Source of the DNA: a bacterium
GTDB lineage: Bacteria > Electryoneota > Electryoneia > Electryoneales > Electryoneaceae
DNA length: 64,000 nt
Reading direction: 5' to 3'
Assembly: GCA_963675295.2 (NCBI GenBank)
Contig: CAXXKJ010000002.1
Coordinates: 800,001-864,000, forward strand
This document shows positions 19,706 through 28,547 of this stretch, piece by piece (position 1 is the stretch's first letter; every line of letters starts with the position of its first letter). Below the pieces are notes generated by a model, which saw only the letters and a program-made list of their open reading frames with translations, ran no database searches and was not told the origin of the DNA. Both the position numbers and the translations under genes were made by a program.

Positions 19706-21346
19706 ATGGCGCACGACGATCGAAGTTCCGCAAGCAGACGTCCCTCCTTTTTGTTGATGCTCGCCGCAGTGCTGGTGGCGTTCGTGGCTGGCCTGGTGGT
19801 CAGCGACGGCCCGGAAGCGGTCGGCATCCCCACCGGTTCGACCAGTCCCGAGCGCAAGTTCCGTGACGTAATCCGTCTGGTTGACCACGCTTACGTCGAT
19901 GAACCAAACGATTCGCTGATGTACGAGGGCGCGATTGTTGGATTGCTCGAGCAGCTCGATCCGCACTCGGTTTACATCCCGCCGAAGGAGCAGGAGGCGG
20001 TGGATGAGACGATGCAGGGCGAATTCAGCGGGATCGGCATCCAGTTTGAGATCAGGGACGGTGTGATCACGGTCGTCAGCCCGATCCCCGGCACCCCGGC
20101 GGATCGAATGGGCCTGCGTGCCGGCGACCAGATCGTGGAGATCGAGGGTGTCAGCGCGATTGGCATCTCGAACGACGATGTGCGCAAGAAATTGCGCGGG
20201 GCGGAGGGGACGCAGGTCAACATCAGCGTCCGCCGTCCGGGCAAGAGCGAGCTCATCAAGCTCACATTGACGCGTGGTAAGATCCCGATTCACTCGGTGG
20301 AAGCCTCGTTCCTGCTGGACGACGGCAAGACGGGCTACATTATGATCAGCCAGTTCACCGCCGTGACCGAGTCTGAGCTCGAGCAGGCGCTGGACGATCT
20401 CGAGCGGCAGGGGATGACGCAGCTGGTGCTCGACCTGCGCGGCAACTCCGGCGGATACCGTGTCCAGGCGCATGAGGTGGCGGACAAGTTCCTCACCGCC
20501 GACCAGGTGATCCTGACGACGAAGGGTCGTGCGGAGGGCACCAGCGACACACTCTGGTCGACCAGCAATACGCATGCGTACATGCCACTGATCGTGCTGG
20601 TGAGCAACGGGACTGCGTCCGCGAGCGAGATCGTCGCCGGCGCGATCCAGGATCTTGACCGTGGCCTGGTGCTGGGTCAGCCGACATTCGGCAAGGGGCT
20701 GGTGCAATACCCGTTCGAGCTGAATGATGGCAGCGTGGTGCGGATTACGATCAGCCGCTGGTATACGCCCACCGGGCGTTGTGTGCAGCGTCCATGGGAC
20801 GATGGCATCGGCGAGTACCTGATGGGCGCGTACCGTGACGGATCGGACATGGATTCGCTGGAAATTTCTTCGCCGGACAGCCTTGGCGAACCATTTTACA
20901 CGCGTACCGGGCGCAAGGTGTACGGCGAGCGAGGCATTCAGCCGGACGTATTAATCCATCCGGGGTTGTTGAGCGACTATGGAGCAGACCTGTTGAGTGA
21001 GCGCATTCTGTTCGACTGGTCGCAGGAGCTGGCGTCGCAGATGGGTCAGCCGACGATGCCGTTTGACGAGTTCCTCCGGAGTTGGCAGCCGACACGCGCG
21101 CAGCTGCAAGATTTATTTGCGTATGCCGCGGACAGAGACCTCGAGTATGACGCGGAAGGCTGGACTCAGGACGCGGATTATCTCGAGAACCAGATCCGTG
21201 CGGAGGTGGCGCAACGCCTGTACAATGGGCGAAATTACCTCTGGCAGGTGTTGATTAACGGGGACGCGACGGTGGACAGCGCACTGACTCGGATGGGCGA
21301 GGCGGATGCGCTTGCACGGTCGGGTTCACTCGAGGAGAGCGGTTGA
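19706..21346 (+). CDS. S41A C-terminal processing protease (CtpA/Prc family)
   Basis: LDPHSVY, PDZ GIGIQF, LDLRGNSGGY, ASASEIVAGAIQD, TFGKGLVQ, WYTPTGR, GIQPD. Confidence 0.95.
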   Translation: MAHDDRSSASRRPSFLLMLAAVLVAFVAGLVVSDGPEAVGIPTGSTSPERKFRDVIRLVDHAYVDEPNDSLMYEGAIVGLLEQLDPHSVYIPPKEQEAVDETMQGEFSGIGIQFEIRDGVITVVSPIPGTPADRMGLRAGDQIVEIEGVSAIGISNDDVRKKLRGAEGTQVNISVRRPGKSELIKLTLTRGKIPIHSVEASFLLDDGKTGYIMISQFTAVTESELEQALDDLERQGMTQLVLDLRGNSGGYRVQAHEVADKFLTADQVILTTKGRAEGTSDTLWSTSNTHAYMPLIVLVSNGTASASEIVAGAIQDLDRGLVLGQPTFGKGLVQYPFELNDGSVVRITISRWYTPTGRCVQRPWDDGIGEYLMGAYRDGSDMDSLEISSPDSLGEPFYTRTGRKVYGERGIQPDVLIHPGLLSDYGADLLSERILFDWSQELASQMGQPTMPFDEFLRSWQPTRAQLQDLFAYAADRDLEYDAEGWTQDADYLENQIRAEVAQRLYNGRNYLWQVLINGDATVDSALTRMGEADALARSGSLEESG

Positions 21347-21469
21347 TTCTTTTTCCGCTTCTCGGTAAACTTAGAGACTGTACGTCACATCTTTACAAAA
21401 CACACTAAGGGGCGTTCCAAATGCTGAAGCTGGTCATGGCTCAGCACGTCCGTTACGAGGGAGGCCGGA

Positions 21470-22114
21470 ATGGTTGAGCTGTTTCTGCGAGGCGGTGACT
21501 TCATGTGGCCGATTCTCGCCGTGTTCATTATCGGTTTGATGTTCGTGATCGAGCGTTTCATCAGCCTTTCCATGTCCACGGTGAATACGAAGAAGTTCGT
21601 GGTGAAGGTGAACCAGGCTCTTCAGGAAGGTGGCCCACAGGCGGCGAAGGAAGTTTGCGAGAAGACGCGTGGTCCGATTGCTTCGGTGTTCCACGCCGGC
21701 TTGCAGCGCATGGGCATGGGCATTGACGCGGTTGAAAAGAACATCATGAACGCGGGTCAGATCGAGATGAGCTTCCTCGAGAAGAACCTCGTCTGGTTGA
21801 GCACCGTGATTGCGATTGCCCCGATGCTTGGGTTTACCGGTACGGTTTCCGGTATGGTTGGCGCGTTCGACGCGATCGCGGCGGCGAACAACATTTCGCC
21901 GTCCATCGTTGCGGATGGTATTTCGCAGGCGCTGTTGACGACGCTGTTTGGTCTGATCGTCGCGATGATCATTCAGTTCTTCAACAACTTCTTCGTGTCT
22001 CGCATCGACAAGATCGTCGGTGACATGCAGGAAGCGTCGGTCGAGTTTGTCGACACGCTTCTCGAGTACGAAGCGGCGCACCCGGAAGTCACGCGTGGTG
22101 GCACCAACGGTTAA
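21470..22114 (+). CDS. exbB: MotA/TolQ/ExbB proton channel protein
   Basis: GGDFMWPI, IAPMLGFTGTVSGM, GISQALLTTLFGL; GGAGG RBS. Confidence 0.9.
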   Translation: MVELFLRGGDFMWPILAVFIIGLMFVIERFISLSMSTVNTKKFVVKVNQALQEGGPQAAKEVCEKTRGPIASVFHAGLQRMGMGIDAVEKNIMNAGQIEMSFLEKNLVWLSTVIAIAPMLGFTGTVSGMVGAFDAIAAANNISPSIVADGISQALLTTLFGLIVAMIIQFFNNFFVSRIDKIVGDMQEASVEFVDTLLEYEAAHPEVTRGGTNG

Positions 22115-22135
22115 CCAGCCACCTCGGAGGCGAGT

Positions 22136-22561
22136 ATGGCCTTATTGAAACGGAGAATCCGCGGTGAGGATGATATCCCGACGGCATCGCTGCCGGATAT
22201 CGTGTTCATGCTGCTGATTTTCTTCCTGGTCACGACGACCATCGACATCGATATCGGCATTCCGATGCAGTTGCCGGATCGTGGCGGTGAGTTCAAGGTG
22301 AACCCGGAGAACATCAGCAACGTGCTGATTAACGCGCAGGGGCAGATCCTCATCGACGACGAGCTGACCGACATCACCCAGGTGCAGGAAGTGACGCGCA
22401 CGAAGGTGGAAACGCGTGGGCTCGATGCGGATGGCAAGCCGAAGCTGATCGTGTCGATCAAGACGGAGAAGGGGACGAAGTACGACGCCTTCATCCAGGT
22501 ATTGGACGCGGTCAAAGCTGCCGGGGCAACGAAAATCTCCATTGCCGAACCGGAAAGTTAA
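22136..22561 (+). CDS. exbD: Biopolymer transporter ExbD
   Basis: IPTASLPDIVFMLLIFFLVTT transmembrane segment with conserved Asp. Confidence 0.9.
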   Translation: MALLKRRIRGEDDIPTASLPDIVFMLLIFFLVTTTIDIDIGIPMQLPDRGGEFKVNPENISNVLINAQGQILIDDELTDITQVQEVTRTKVETRGLDADGKPKLIVSIKTEKGTKYDAFIQVLDAVKAAGATKISIAEPES

Positions 22562-22575
22562 GGGGGAAGGTCTAG

Positions 22576-22980
22576 ATGCAGTTTGCCAAGAAAACGAAGG
22601 CAGGCGCGGACATTCCCACAGCCTCGCTGCCGGACATCATTTTCATGCTGCTGATCTTCTTCATGGTCGTGACCGTGTTCAAGGAGTTTAACGGTCTTCC
22701 GGTGCTGTTGCCGGCGGCCCGCACGACGGAGAAGCTTGAGTCCAAGCGGAACATCGCCTATTTGTGGGCGGACAAGCTTGGGCGTGTGTCGGTGGATGAC
22801 AAGATCGTGACGATGGATGACATCGAACCGATCATGGCGGAGAAGTTCGCCGGGAACCGCCGTATCATTATCAGCATGAAAATAGATAAGGACGTCGAGA
22901 TGGGTCTCGTGACGGATATTCAGGAACAGTTGCGGGATGCCTATACATTGCGTGTCAGTTATGCCACGCGGCTTAAATAA
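22576..22980 (+). CDS. exbD: Biopolymer transporter ExbD (second copy)
   Basis: IPTASLPDIIFMLLIFFMVVT, IDKDVEMG. Confidence 0.9.
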   Translation: MQFAKKTKAGADIPTASLPDIIFMLLIFFMVVTVFKEFNGLPVLLPAARTTEKLESKRNIAYLWADKLGRVSVDDKIVTMDDIEPIMAEKFAGNRRIIISMKIDKDVEMGLVTDIQEQLRDAYTLRVSYATRLK

Positions 22981-22999
22981 CTGACGGGAGGATCCGCCC

Positions 23000-23659
23000 A
23001 TGCTTTCCTACAAACAACCGGAAGCGGAAGTGCGGCTGCGCTACCCGAAGCTCGTTGAGCTCGGGCTGGTGATCTCCCTGCTGATCGTGATTGTTGTCTT
23101 TCTTGTTTCGAAACGGCTTGACAATGAAGTAACCATCAAGTTGGCGGAAGAAGTCGTCCTCGAGACAGAAGAGATCCCGATTACGAAGCAGGTGAAGCGT
23201 CCGCCTCCGCCCGCCCGTCCGACCATTCCGATCGAAGACCCGGAAGTGGACATCGAAGCGGACCTGGCGTTTGAGGACATTGACGATATCGACTGGACGA
23301 TGGATGCTCCGCCTCCGCCTCCCAGTGTGGAAGAGGAAATCGTCGAGTTCTTCCTCGTCGAGGAACCGCCGCAGATCGTCGGCGGCACTCAGGCGCTGTA
23401 CGATTACATGAAGCGTAACAACCTGTACCCGGAGATGGCGCAGAACGCGCAGATCGAAGGAGACGTGATCATCGAGTTCATCGTCGATACGAACGGCAAC
23501 CCGACGGGCGTGATTGTCAAGCAGGAACGTCCGCAGGGGCTGGGCTTCGGCGAAGCCGGTGTCAAGGCGATCTCGGCGATGAAATTCTCGCCGGGCATGC
23601 AGCGTGACCGCGCGGTTCAGGTCCGCATGCAGCAGCCGATCCGCTTCAGGTTGCAGTAA
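23000..23659 (+). CDS. tonB: Energy transducer TonB
   Basis: N-terminal TM, Pro-rich linker, YPEMAQ...EGDVIIEFIVD..G, FSPGMQR...V...PIRF. Confidence 0.9.
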   Translation: MLSYKQPEAEVRLRYPKLVELGLVISLLIVIVVFLVSKRLDNEVTIKLAEEVVLETEEIPITKQVKRPPPPARPTIPIEDPEVDIEADLAFEDIDDIDWTMDAPPPPPSVEEEIVEFFLVEEPPQIVGGTQALYDYMKRNNLYPEMAQNAQIEGDVIIEFIVDTNGNPTGVIVKQERPQGLGFGEAGVKAISAMKFSPGMQRDRAVQVRMQQPIRFRLQ

Positions 23660-23682
23660 TCGTCGTCTGATACAGGAATTAC

Positions 23683-23714
23683 AGGGCGTTCCGAGAAACC
23701 GGGACGCCTTTTTT
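23683..23714 (+). terminator. Rho-independent terminator
   Basis: agggcgttcc...gggacgcctt hairpin followed by a T-run. Confidence 0.75.
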
Positions 23715-23811
23715 GTCTCTGTCTCGCTCCGGTGAATTTCAGAAAGTTGCGAGATTTGCTTGTGCTGAGCCGGATTCCCGTTCAGGTTAAAAGAGAGGGC
23801 ACGGGTAACCT

Positions 23812-24480
23812 GTGGAGGAGACAGTGGATACGAACGGGAAGCGCGGTTCGGCGAAAGAGTCCTATCCGAAAGTGGTGGAGGTCAGCGCGATCCTCGCGTT
23901 GCTGCTGGTGACGGTTGTCTTTCTGTTGTGGAAGACGGACCATCGCGAAACGGCGGCGGTTGAGCCCGAGGAAACGGTGCTGGAGGTGACGGATGTGCCG
24001 TACATCCCACCGGCGAAACGTCCGCCCGCACCGGAACGTCCCAGCCTGCCCATCGAGGATCCGGAGATGCCACTTGAGGACGATCTGACGATGATTGACA
24101 GCGACGTGTACCAGTATCCGGACTTCGACGTGGTATCAAACCTCACGTTCGACAACGAACCGGTTGACTTTTTCGCGGTGGAGAAACGGCCGGAAATGAT
24201 TGGCGGCGTGGCGGCGTTGTACCGCTACATGATGGACAACAACCTGTACCCGGATTTCGCACGCCGGAACGGGAAGAACGGGAAGGTGCTGATCCAGTTT
24301 ACGGTCGGTGAGGACGGCAAGCCGTACGATTTCGAGGTGCTTGGCGAACAGCCGCTCGGGTTCGGCTTCGCGGATTCTGCGATCGAAGCGATTTCGGCGA
24401 TGCGGTTCACTCCCGGCATGCAACGCGACCGCGCGGTCAAGGTGCGGATGCAGCAGCCGATCGAATTCCGGACGAAGTAG
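23812..24480 (+). CDS. tonB: Energy transducer TonB paralog
   Basis: Aligns with 23000..23659 along its length (YPK.VE, RPP.P.RP..PIEDPE, NNLYP, PGMQRDRAV.VRMQQPI). Confidence 0.88.
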   Translation: MEETVDTNGKRGSAKESYPKVVEVSAILALLLVTVVFLLWKTDHRETAAVEPEETVLEVTDVPYIPPAKRPPAPERPSLPIEDPEMPLEDDLTMIDSDVYQYPDFDVVSNLTFDNEPVDFFAVEKRPEMIGGVAALYRYMMDNNLYPDFARRNGKNGKVLIQFTVGEDGKPYDFEVLGEQPLGFGFADSAIEAISAMRFTPGMQRDRAVKVRMQQPIEFRTK

Positions 24481-24606
24481 GCGCTGAGTATACGTGAGAG
24501 CCTGTGATCATGAATCTGGCCCGTGTCGGATGTTGGCCGACACGGGCATTCTCTGTTTTCTCGCGTATATTGGCTGATATCGAATGCATCAGGAGTGAGG
24601 TGACCA

Positions 24607-26157
24607 ATGAAATGTGGATTCTGGATTTCCTGCCTGCTTGTGCTTGTGCTGACTTCTCTGTCCGCGAACGCGCAACTCGCCGAACAATGGCGCTGGAAAT
24701 ACGGCGCCACCAGCTCGAGCTACAACCACTACCACGATTTTGTCCATATCAGCCCGCACCCGGGCGGGGGCTACTATCTCGTCGATCAAGTCTATGCGGA
24801 TGACCGGTACGACTACTACGGCTACTGGCAAAGTGACTTGCTGCACGTGGAAGAGAATGCGGACCAGACGTGGCGCGTGATGGGGTCCAGGGATCTCGGG
24901 GGCGGCCAGTTGGCGGATCTGGATATCGGGTACGACGAGGGCATGCGGTCGGGGACGGTGGACCCGGTCGGGAATGGATACGGATACACGTGTTACATGG
25001 ACTACAAGTGCTACTACCCATCCGGGCAAATCCGTTATTCAGGTACCGGAAGCAATGACGGTACGATAGCGGACTGGCTGGGCGCGGTACGTATCTACCC
25101 GGATTTGAGCGTTCCCGGTGATGCCGGCTGCACATTCATCGCGTATACCCTGGATTACAATGCGGGTGATTACTATTCCCCCGCTGACATCAGACTGAAA
25201 TTGAAACGCTTCGACGGGGACGGCGAGGAGGTAGTCGCTCAAGACTGGGATCTGGGCTATGCGTGGAGCGGTGATACGGTCGCGAAGGTTGTGAATTCTG
25301 GTCTGGTCAAGTCAGCGAATCAGATCTATCTCTATGTTCGCGGCAAAAATTTTCCGTTCAGCCAGAATCAGGTGGACGCTGATTATCTCGTGATGGTCGA
25401 TGGCGACCTGAACTTCTGCTGGGCGGTTGAAACGCCGGATTTCAACCCGAATTACCAACCGCTTGGCGAAACGGTGTCGATGCAACTGACACGAGATCGT
25501 TCGCTGCTACTGCAGTCGGCTGTCGGCATTGGGAAGTACACCCCGAACGGCGAGCAGCTGTGGTTTACCAATCTCGATCAGTACGTTTCCAACGCGGTCA
25601 CGATCGACGTTCCCACGAATCCCACCATCTACTATTTCGTCGGGTATAACCCGTTGGATGACAATGCCCCGGTGCTGGGGGTGTTGTCCGAAACCGGCGA
25701 GCTGATCTATGTCCAGGAGATTCCCGGCCTGGCGGATGCGTCCAGTGTGTACGTGGACGGGCTGTATAACGTTGTCGTAGGCGGCGCGATACAGGATCAC
25801 AACCCGTACTACAATGTGTATTACGAACGTGCGATTCTGATCGGCTACGGGAATACGTCCGGTGTGCCTGGTGAGGACAGCGAAGCCGTCCGTCAGTTCA
25901 CCCTGCACCCGGTCTACCCGAACCCGTTCAACTCGACCACGACGATCTCGGTGGATGTGGCGCAGCCGTCGCTGGTAAACCTGAGCGTGTTTGACGTGCT
26001 CGGGCGTGAGGTGGCGGTGCTGCGTGAAGGCTGGACGGTATCGCCCGGCACGCACCAGGTGGCGTGGGATGCGTCGAATGTCGCCGGCGGGACGTACTTC
26101 CTCCATGCTTCTGTCGGCGACCAGCAGCGGACACAACGGCTGGTGCTGGTGAAGTAG
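24607..26157 (+). CDS. Secreted probable beta-propeller protein with T9SS-type C-terminal domain
   Basis: Signal peptide ending SANA-Q; GAGG RBS; C-terminal YPNPFN...FDVLGREV...GTYF...LVLVK. Confidence 0.82.
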   Translation: MKCGFWISCLLVLVLTSLSANAQLAEQWRWKYGATSSSYNHYHDFVHISPHPGGGYYLVDQVYADDRYDYYGYWQSDLLHVEENADQTWRVMGSRDLGGGQLADLDIGYDEGMRSGTVDPVGNGYGYTCYMDYKCYYPSGQIRYSGTGSNDGTIADWLGAVRIYPDLSVPGDAGCTFIAYTLDYNAGDYYSPADIRLKLKRFDGDGEEVVAQDWDLGYAWSGDTVAKVVNSGLVKSANQIYLYVRGKNFPFSQNQVDADYLVMVDGDLNFCWAVETPDFNPNYQPLGETVSMQLTRDRSLLLQSAVGIGKYTPNGEQLWFTNLDQYVSNAVTIDVPTNPTIYYFVGYNPLDDNAPVLGVLSETGELIYVQEIPGLADASSVYVDGLYNVVVGGAIQDHNPYYNVYYERAILIGYGNTSGVPGEDSEAVRQFTLHPVYPNPFNSTTTISVDVAQPSLVNLSVFDVLGREVAVLREGWTVSPGTHQVAWDASNVAGGTYFLHASVGDQQRTQRLVLVK

Positions 26158-26194
26158 ACAGTCAGCGGTCTGCGGACGTGGTCGACGAACTGCG

Positions 26195-26266
26195 GGGTGG
26201 CGGACTGCGTGCTACGGACTGCGGGTGGCGGACTGCGTGCTACGGACTGCGGGTGGCGGACTGCGT
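26195..26266. repeat. Heptamer array organised as a 28-bp higher-order repeat (2.6 copies)
   Basis: (gggtggc ggactgc gtgctac ggactgc)x2 plus gggtggcggactgcgt. Confidence 0.9.
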
Positions 26267-26278
26267 TAAGTCTCTATC

Positions 26279-26304
26279 TTACCACGGACTTAAGTCCGTG
26301 GTAA
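26279..26304. repeat. REP-like perfect palindrome (CCACGGA...TCCGTGG family)
   Basis: ttaccacggacttaagtccgtggtaa is its own reverse complement. Confidence 0.8.
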
Positions 26305-26472
26305 TTTGTTGGTTGTCATCCTGATGCCTCGCAGGCGCGAGAAGGATCGCATCGTTCATCGATGTCGGGGTAGACATTCGCACGCCCAGGAGACCACCCT
26401 GACGTTCATCGTATGTATTCCCGCTTATAACAACCTGTTTGCCCTCGTGTCTCTCTACCAGAGCCCCCCCAC

Positions 26473-26501
26473 TTGCATTATAATAGACCAGTCGTTATAA
26501 T
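26473..26501 (+). promoter_or_regulatory. Sigma70 promoter of the tetR gene with overlapping operator
   Basis: TTGCAT (26473-78), 17-bp spacer, TATAAT (26496-501). The spacer holds TAGACCAGTC. Confidence 0.8.
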
Positions 26502-26507
26502 TGGGGC

Positions 26508-27107
26508 ATGACAAAGGCACAGGAAACACGGCAGCGCATCATCAGCACCACGATGGATCTGTTGATGCAACAAGGCTACCACGCCACCGGGCTGAACCAA
26601 ATCGTGCAGGAGAGCAACGCTCCGAAGGGTTCACTTTATTTCCATTTCCCGAAGGGGAAAGAGGAAATTGTCGCCGAGGCGTTGAACCTGGCGGGCGAAT
26701 GGAACTGCAATCATGTCGCGGAAGCGTTGCAGGCGCATGAATCGGTCGCGGAGGCGGTGGCGGCCATCACGATGAGTTTCGCGCATTTGCTGGAAGAGGA
26801 CAACTACGGCAAGAGTTGTGCGCTACTGACGGTTGCGCAGGAAGTTGGCGAAGAGGATACGATGCTGCGCCAGGCGTTGGACGCCGGTTTCGCCGGGTGG
26901 TACCAGCTGTTCGTGGACATGTTTGTCAAGGCGCAGTTTCCGCAACAGGCGGCGGAGCGGTGGGCGGATCTGGCCTTGTCGGCGATTGAGGGCGCGCAGG
27001 CATTGGCGCGTGGGCAACGGTCGGTGCGGCCGCTGGAGAACACCGCAGCGATGTTGCGGCTGTTGATCGGCAACGCGCAGCAGATGTATGCGATGAACGA
27101 GGGCTGA
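26508..27107 (+). CDS. TetR/AcrR regulator, LmrA/YxaF-like
   Basis: QGYHATGLNQI...APKGSLYFHFPKGKEE helix-turn-helix; EGA..LAR..RS..PL at the C-terminus. Confidence 0.92.
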   Translation: MTKAQETRQRIISTTMDLLMQQGYHATGLNQIVQESNAPKGSLYFHFPKGKEEIVAEALNLAGEWNCNHVAEALQAHESVAEAVAAITMSFAHLLEEDNYGKSCALLTVAQEVGEEDTMLRQALDAGFAGWYQLFVDMFVKAQFPQQAAERWADLALSAIEGAQALARGQRSVRPLENTAAMLRLLIGNAQQMYAMNEG

Positions 27108-27199
27108 GCCGGGCATCCTGAACAGCCACGGCAGCAGGTTCAGGCGACGACAAACCCCGGGCATTTCCCGGTGGTGGAGGCAGGATACCGCGATACGGA

Positions 27200-27218
27200 T
27201 AGTAGACCGGTCGTTATA
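27200..27218. promoter_or_regulatory. Probable TetR operator, copy 2
   Basis: tagtagaccggtcgttata vs taatagaccagtcgttata at 26481-26499. Confidence 0.7.
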
Positions 27219-27346
27219 GAGGAGGCGGTAATGTTGATTTTGCTCGGATTGTGCAGACAGAGAAACAGGATTTAGCCGGACGAATCTCAGGGCTGACACG
27301 GCGCAGCTCGGGAGGTGTAAACCCCGGCGGAAACCGTGGAACGATA

Positions 27347-27365
27347 GACTAGACCAGTCATGATA
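27347..27365. promoter_or_regulatory. Probable TetR operator, copy 3
   Basis: gactagaccagtcatgata, 40 bp upstream of the NmrA-like ATG. Confidence 0.65.
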
Positions 27366-27404
27366 ACGTTGCAGAAAGAAACAAAACCAGAAAGGGAGTA
27401 TCTC

Positions 27405-28292
27405 ATGTACGTGATCACTGGAGCAACAGGCAACACTGGAAAGCGCATCTCTCACGCATTGTTGGACGCTGGCAAGCAGGTACGTGTCGTTGGGCGCAGC
27501 GCGGAGCGGATGCAGGAATTTGCGGACAAGGGTGCGGATGTGTTCGTCGGCGATTTGAACGACCAGACGGCGATGGGAAAGGCGTTCAACGGTGCGTCGG
27601 CGGCCTATGTCATGGTCCCGCCGAAGTATGACGCCGAGGATTTCCGCGGCTATCAGAACGAGGTGATAGAATCGCTGGCGAACGCGTTGGAGCAGAGCCA
27701 GGTCAAGCATGTGGTGACGTTGAGCAGTGTCGGTGCGGAGATGCCGTCGGGCAATGGGCCGGTCGCGGGCTTGTATGACATGGAGCAGCGGTTGAACAAG
27801 CTGGACGAGATCCACATTCTGCACCTGCGTCCCGGCTATTTCATGGAAAATACGATGATGCAGATCGGCACGATCAAGGCGATGGGCTTTGCGGGCACGC
27901 CGGTCAAGCCGGATGCGACGTTCGGTATGATCGCGACGCAAGACATCGCGGCTTACGCTATCAAGCGTCTGCTGGCGTTGGATTTCACCGGCCATTCGCA
28001 TCAGGAATTGCAGGGCAACCGTGACGTATCGTACGGCGAGATAACGAAGCTGTACGGCGAGAAGATCGGAAAGCCGGATCTTGAGTATGTTCAGTTTCCG
28101 CCGGACCAGGCGCTGCAGGGCATGATGCAGGCTGGATTGAGTCAGTCGGCGGCGGAAATGATGGTCGAATTGGGCGAGGGGCTGAATAAGGGCGAGGTTC
28201 GTCCGCACGAGCCGCGCAACGACGAGAACACCACTCCGACGACGATCGAACAGTTCGCCGAGTTCTGGGCAGCGGCGTACAACGCGTCATAA
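27405..28292 (+). CDS. NmrA-family NAD(P)-binding oxidoreductase
   Basis: ITGATGNTG Rossmann motif, LSSVGA, LRPGYFMEN, IATQDIA; GGGAG RBS before ATG 27405. Confidence 0.9.
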   Translation: MYVITGATGNTGKRISHALLDAGKQVRVVGRSAERMQEFADKGADVFVGDLNDQTAMGKAFNGASAAYVMVPPKYDAEDFRGYQNEVIESLANALEQSQVKHVVTLSSVGAEMPSGNGPVAGLYDMEQRLNKLDEIHILHLRPGYFMENTMMQIGTIKAMGFAGTPVKPDATFGMIATQDIAAYAIKRLLALDFTGHSHQELQGNRDVSYGEITKLYGEKIGKPDLEYVQFPPDQALQGMMQAGLSQSAAEMMVELGEGLNKGEVRPHEPRNDENTTPTTIEQFAEFWAAAYNAS

Positions 28293-28341
28293 TTCCACAC
28301 TTCCGGGTGAGTTCCCGGGTGCATGGATTGACCATAGATCG

Positions 28342-28377
28342 AACGGGACAGGCAAAACGCTTGTCCCGTTTTCTTTT
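28342..28377 (+). terminator. Rho-independent terminator
   Basis: aacgggacaggc...gcttgtcccgtt followed by ttctttt. Confidence 0.8.
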
Positions 28378-28547
28378 GGGTCAATTCCCAAAAGCGCCGA
28401 CCACGATTGCCCGCCGCAATCGTGTCACTTTTACGTGTTTGTTCTGAAAATATAAAGAGTTGTGAGAAGATGGTACATCAGAACTGGCACGAAAATGGCT
28501 ACGATTCTGATACTGATTATCATAAGTTTGGCCTCAAGGGAAGCTTC

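Noticed and set aside
26195-26266. CRISPR array (28-bp repeats)
   Set aside because: The repeats are directly adjacent with no spacers, are built from heptamers, and no cas genes are present.
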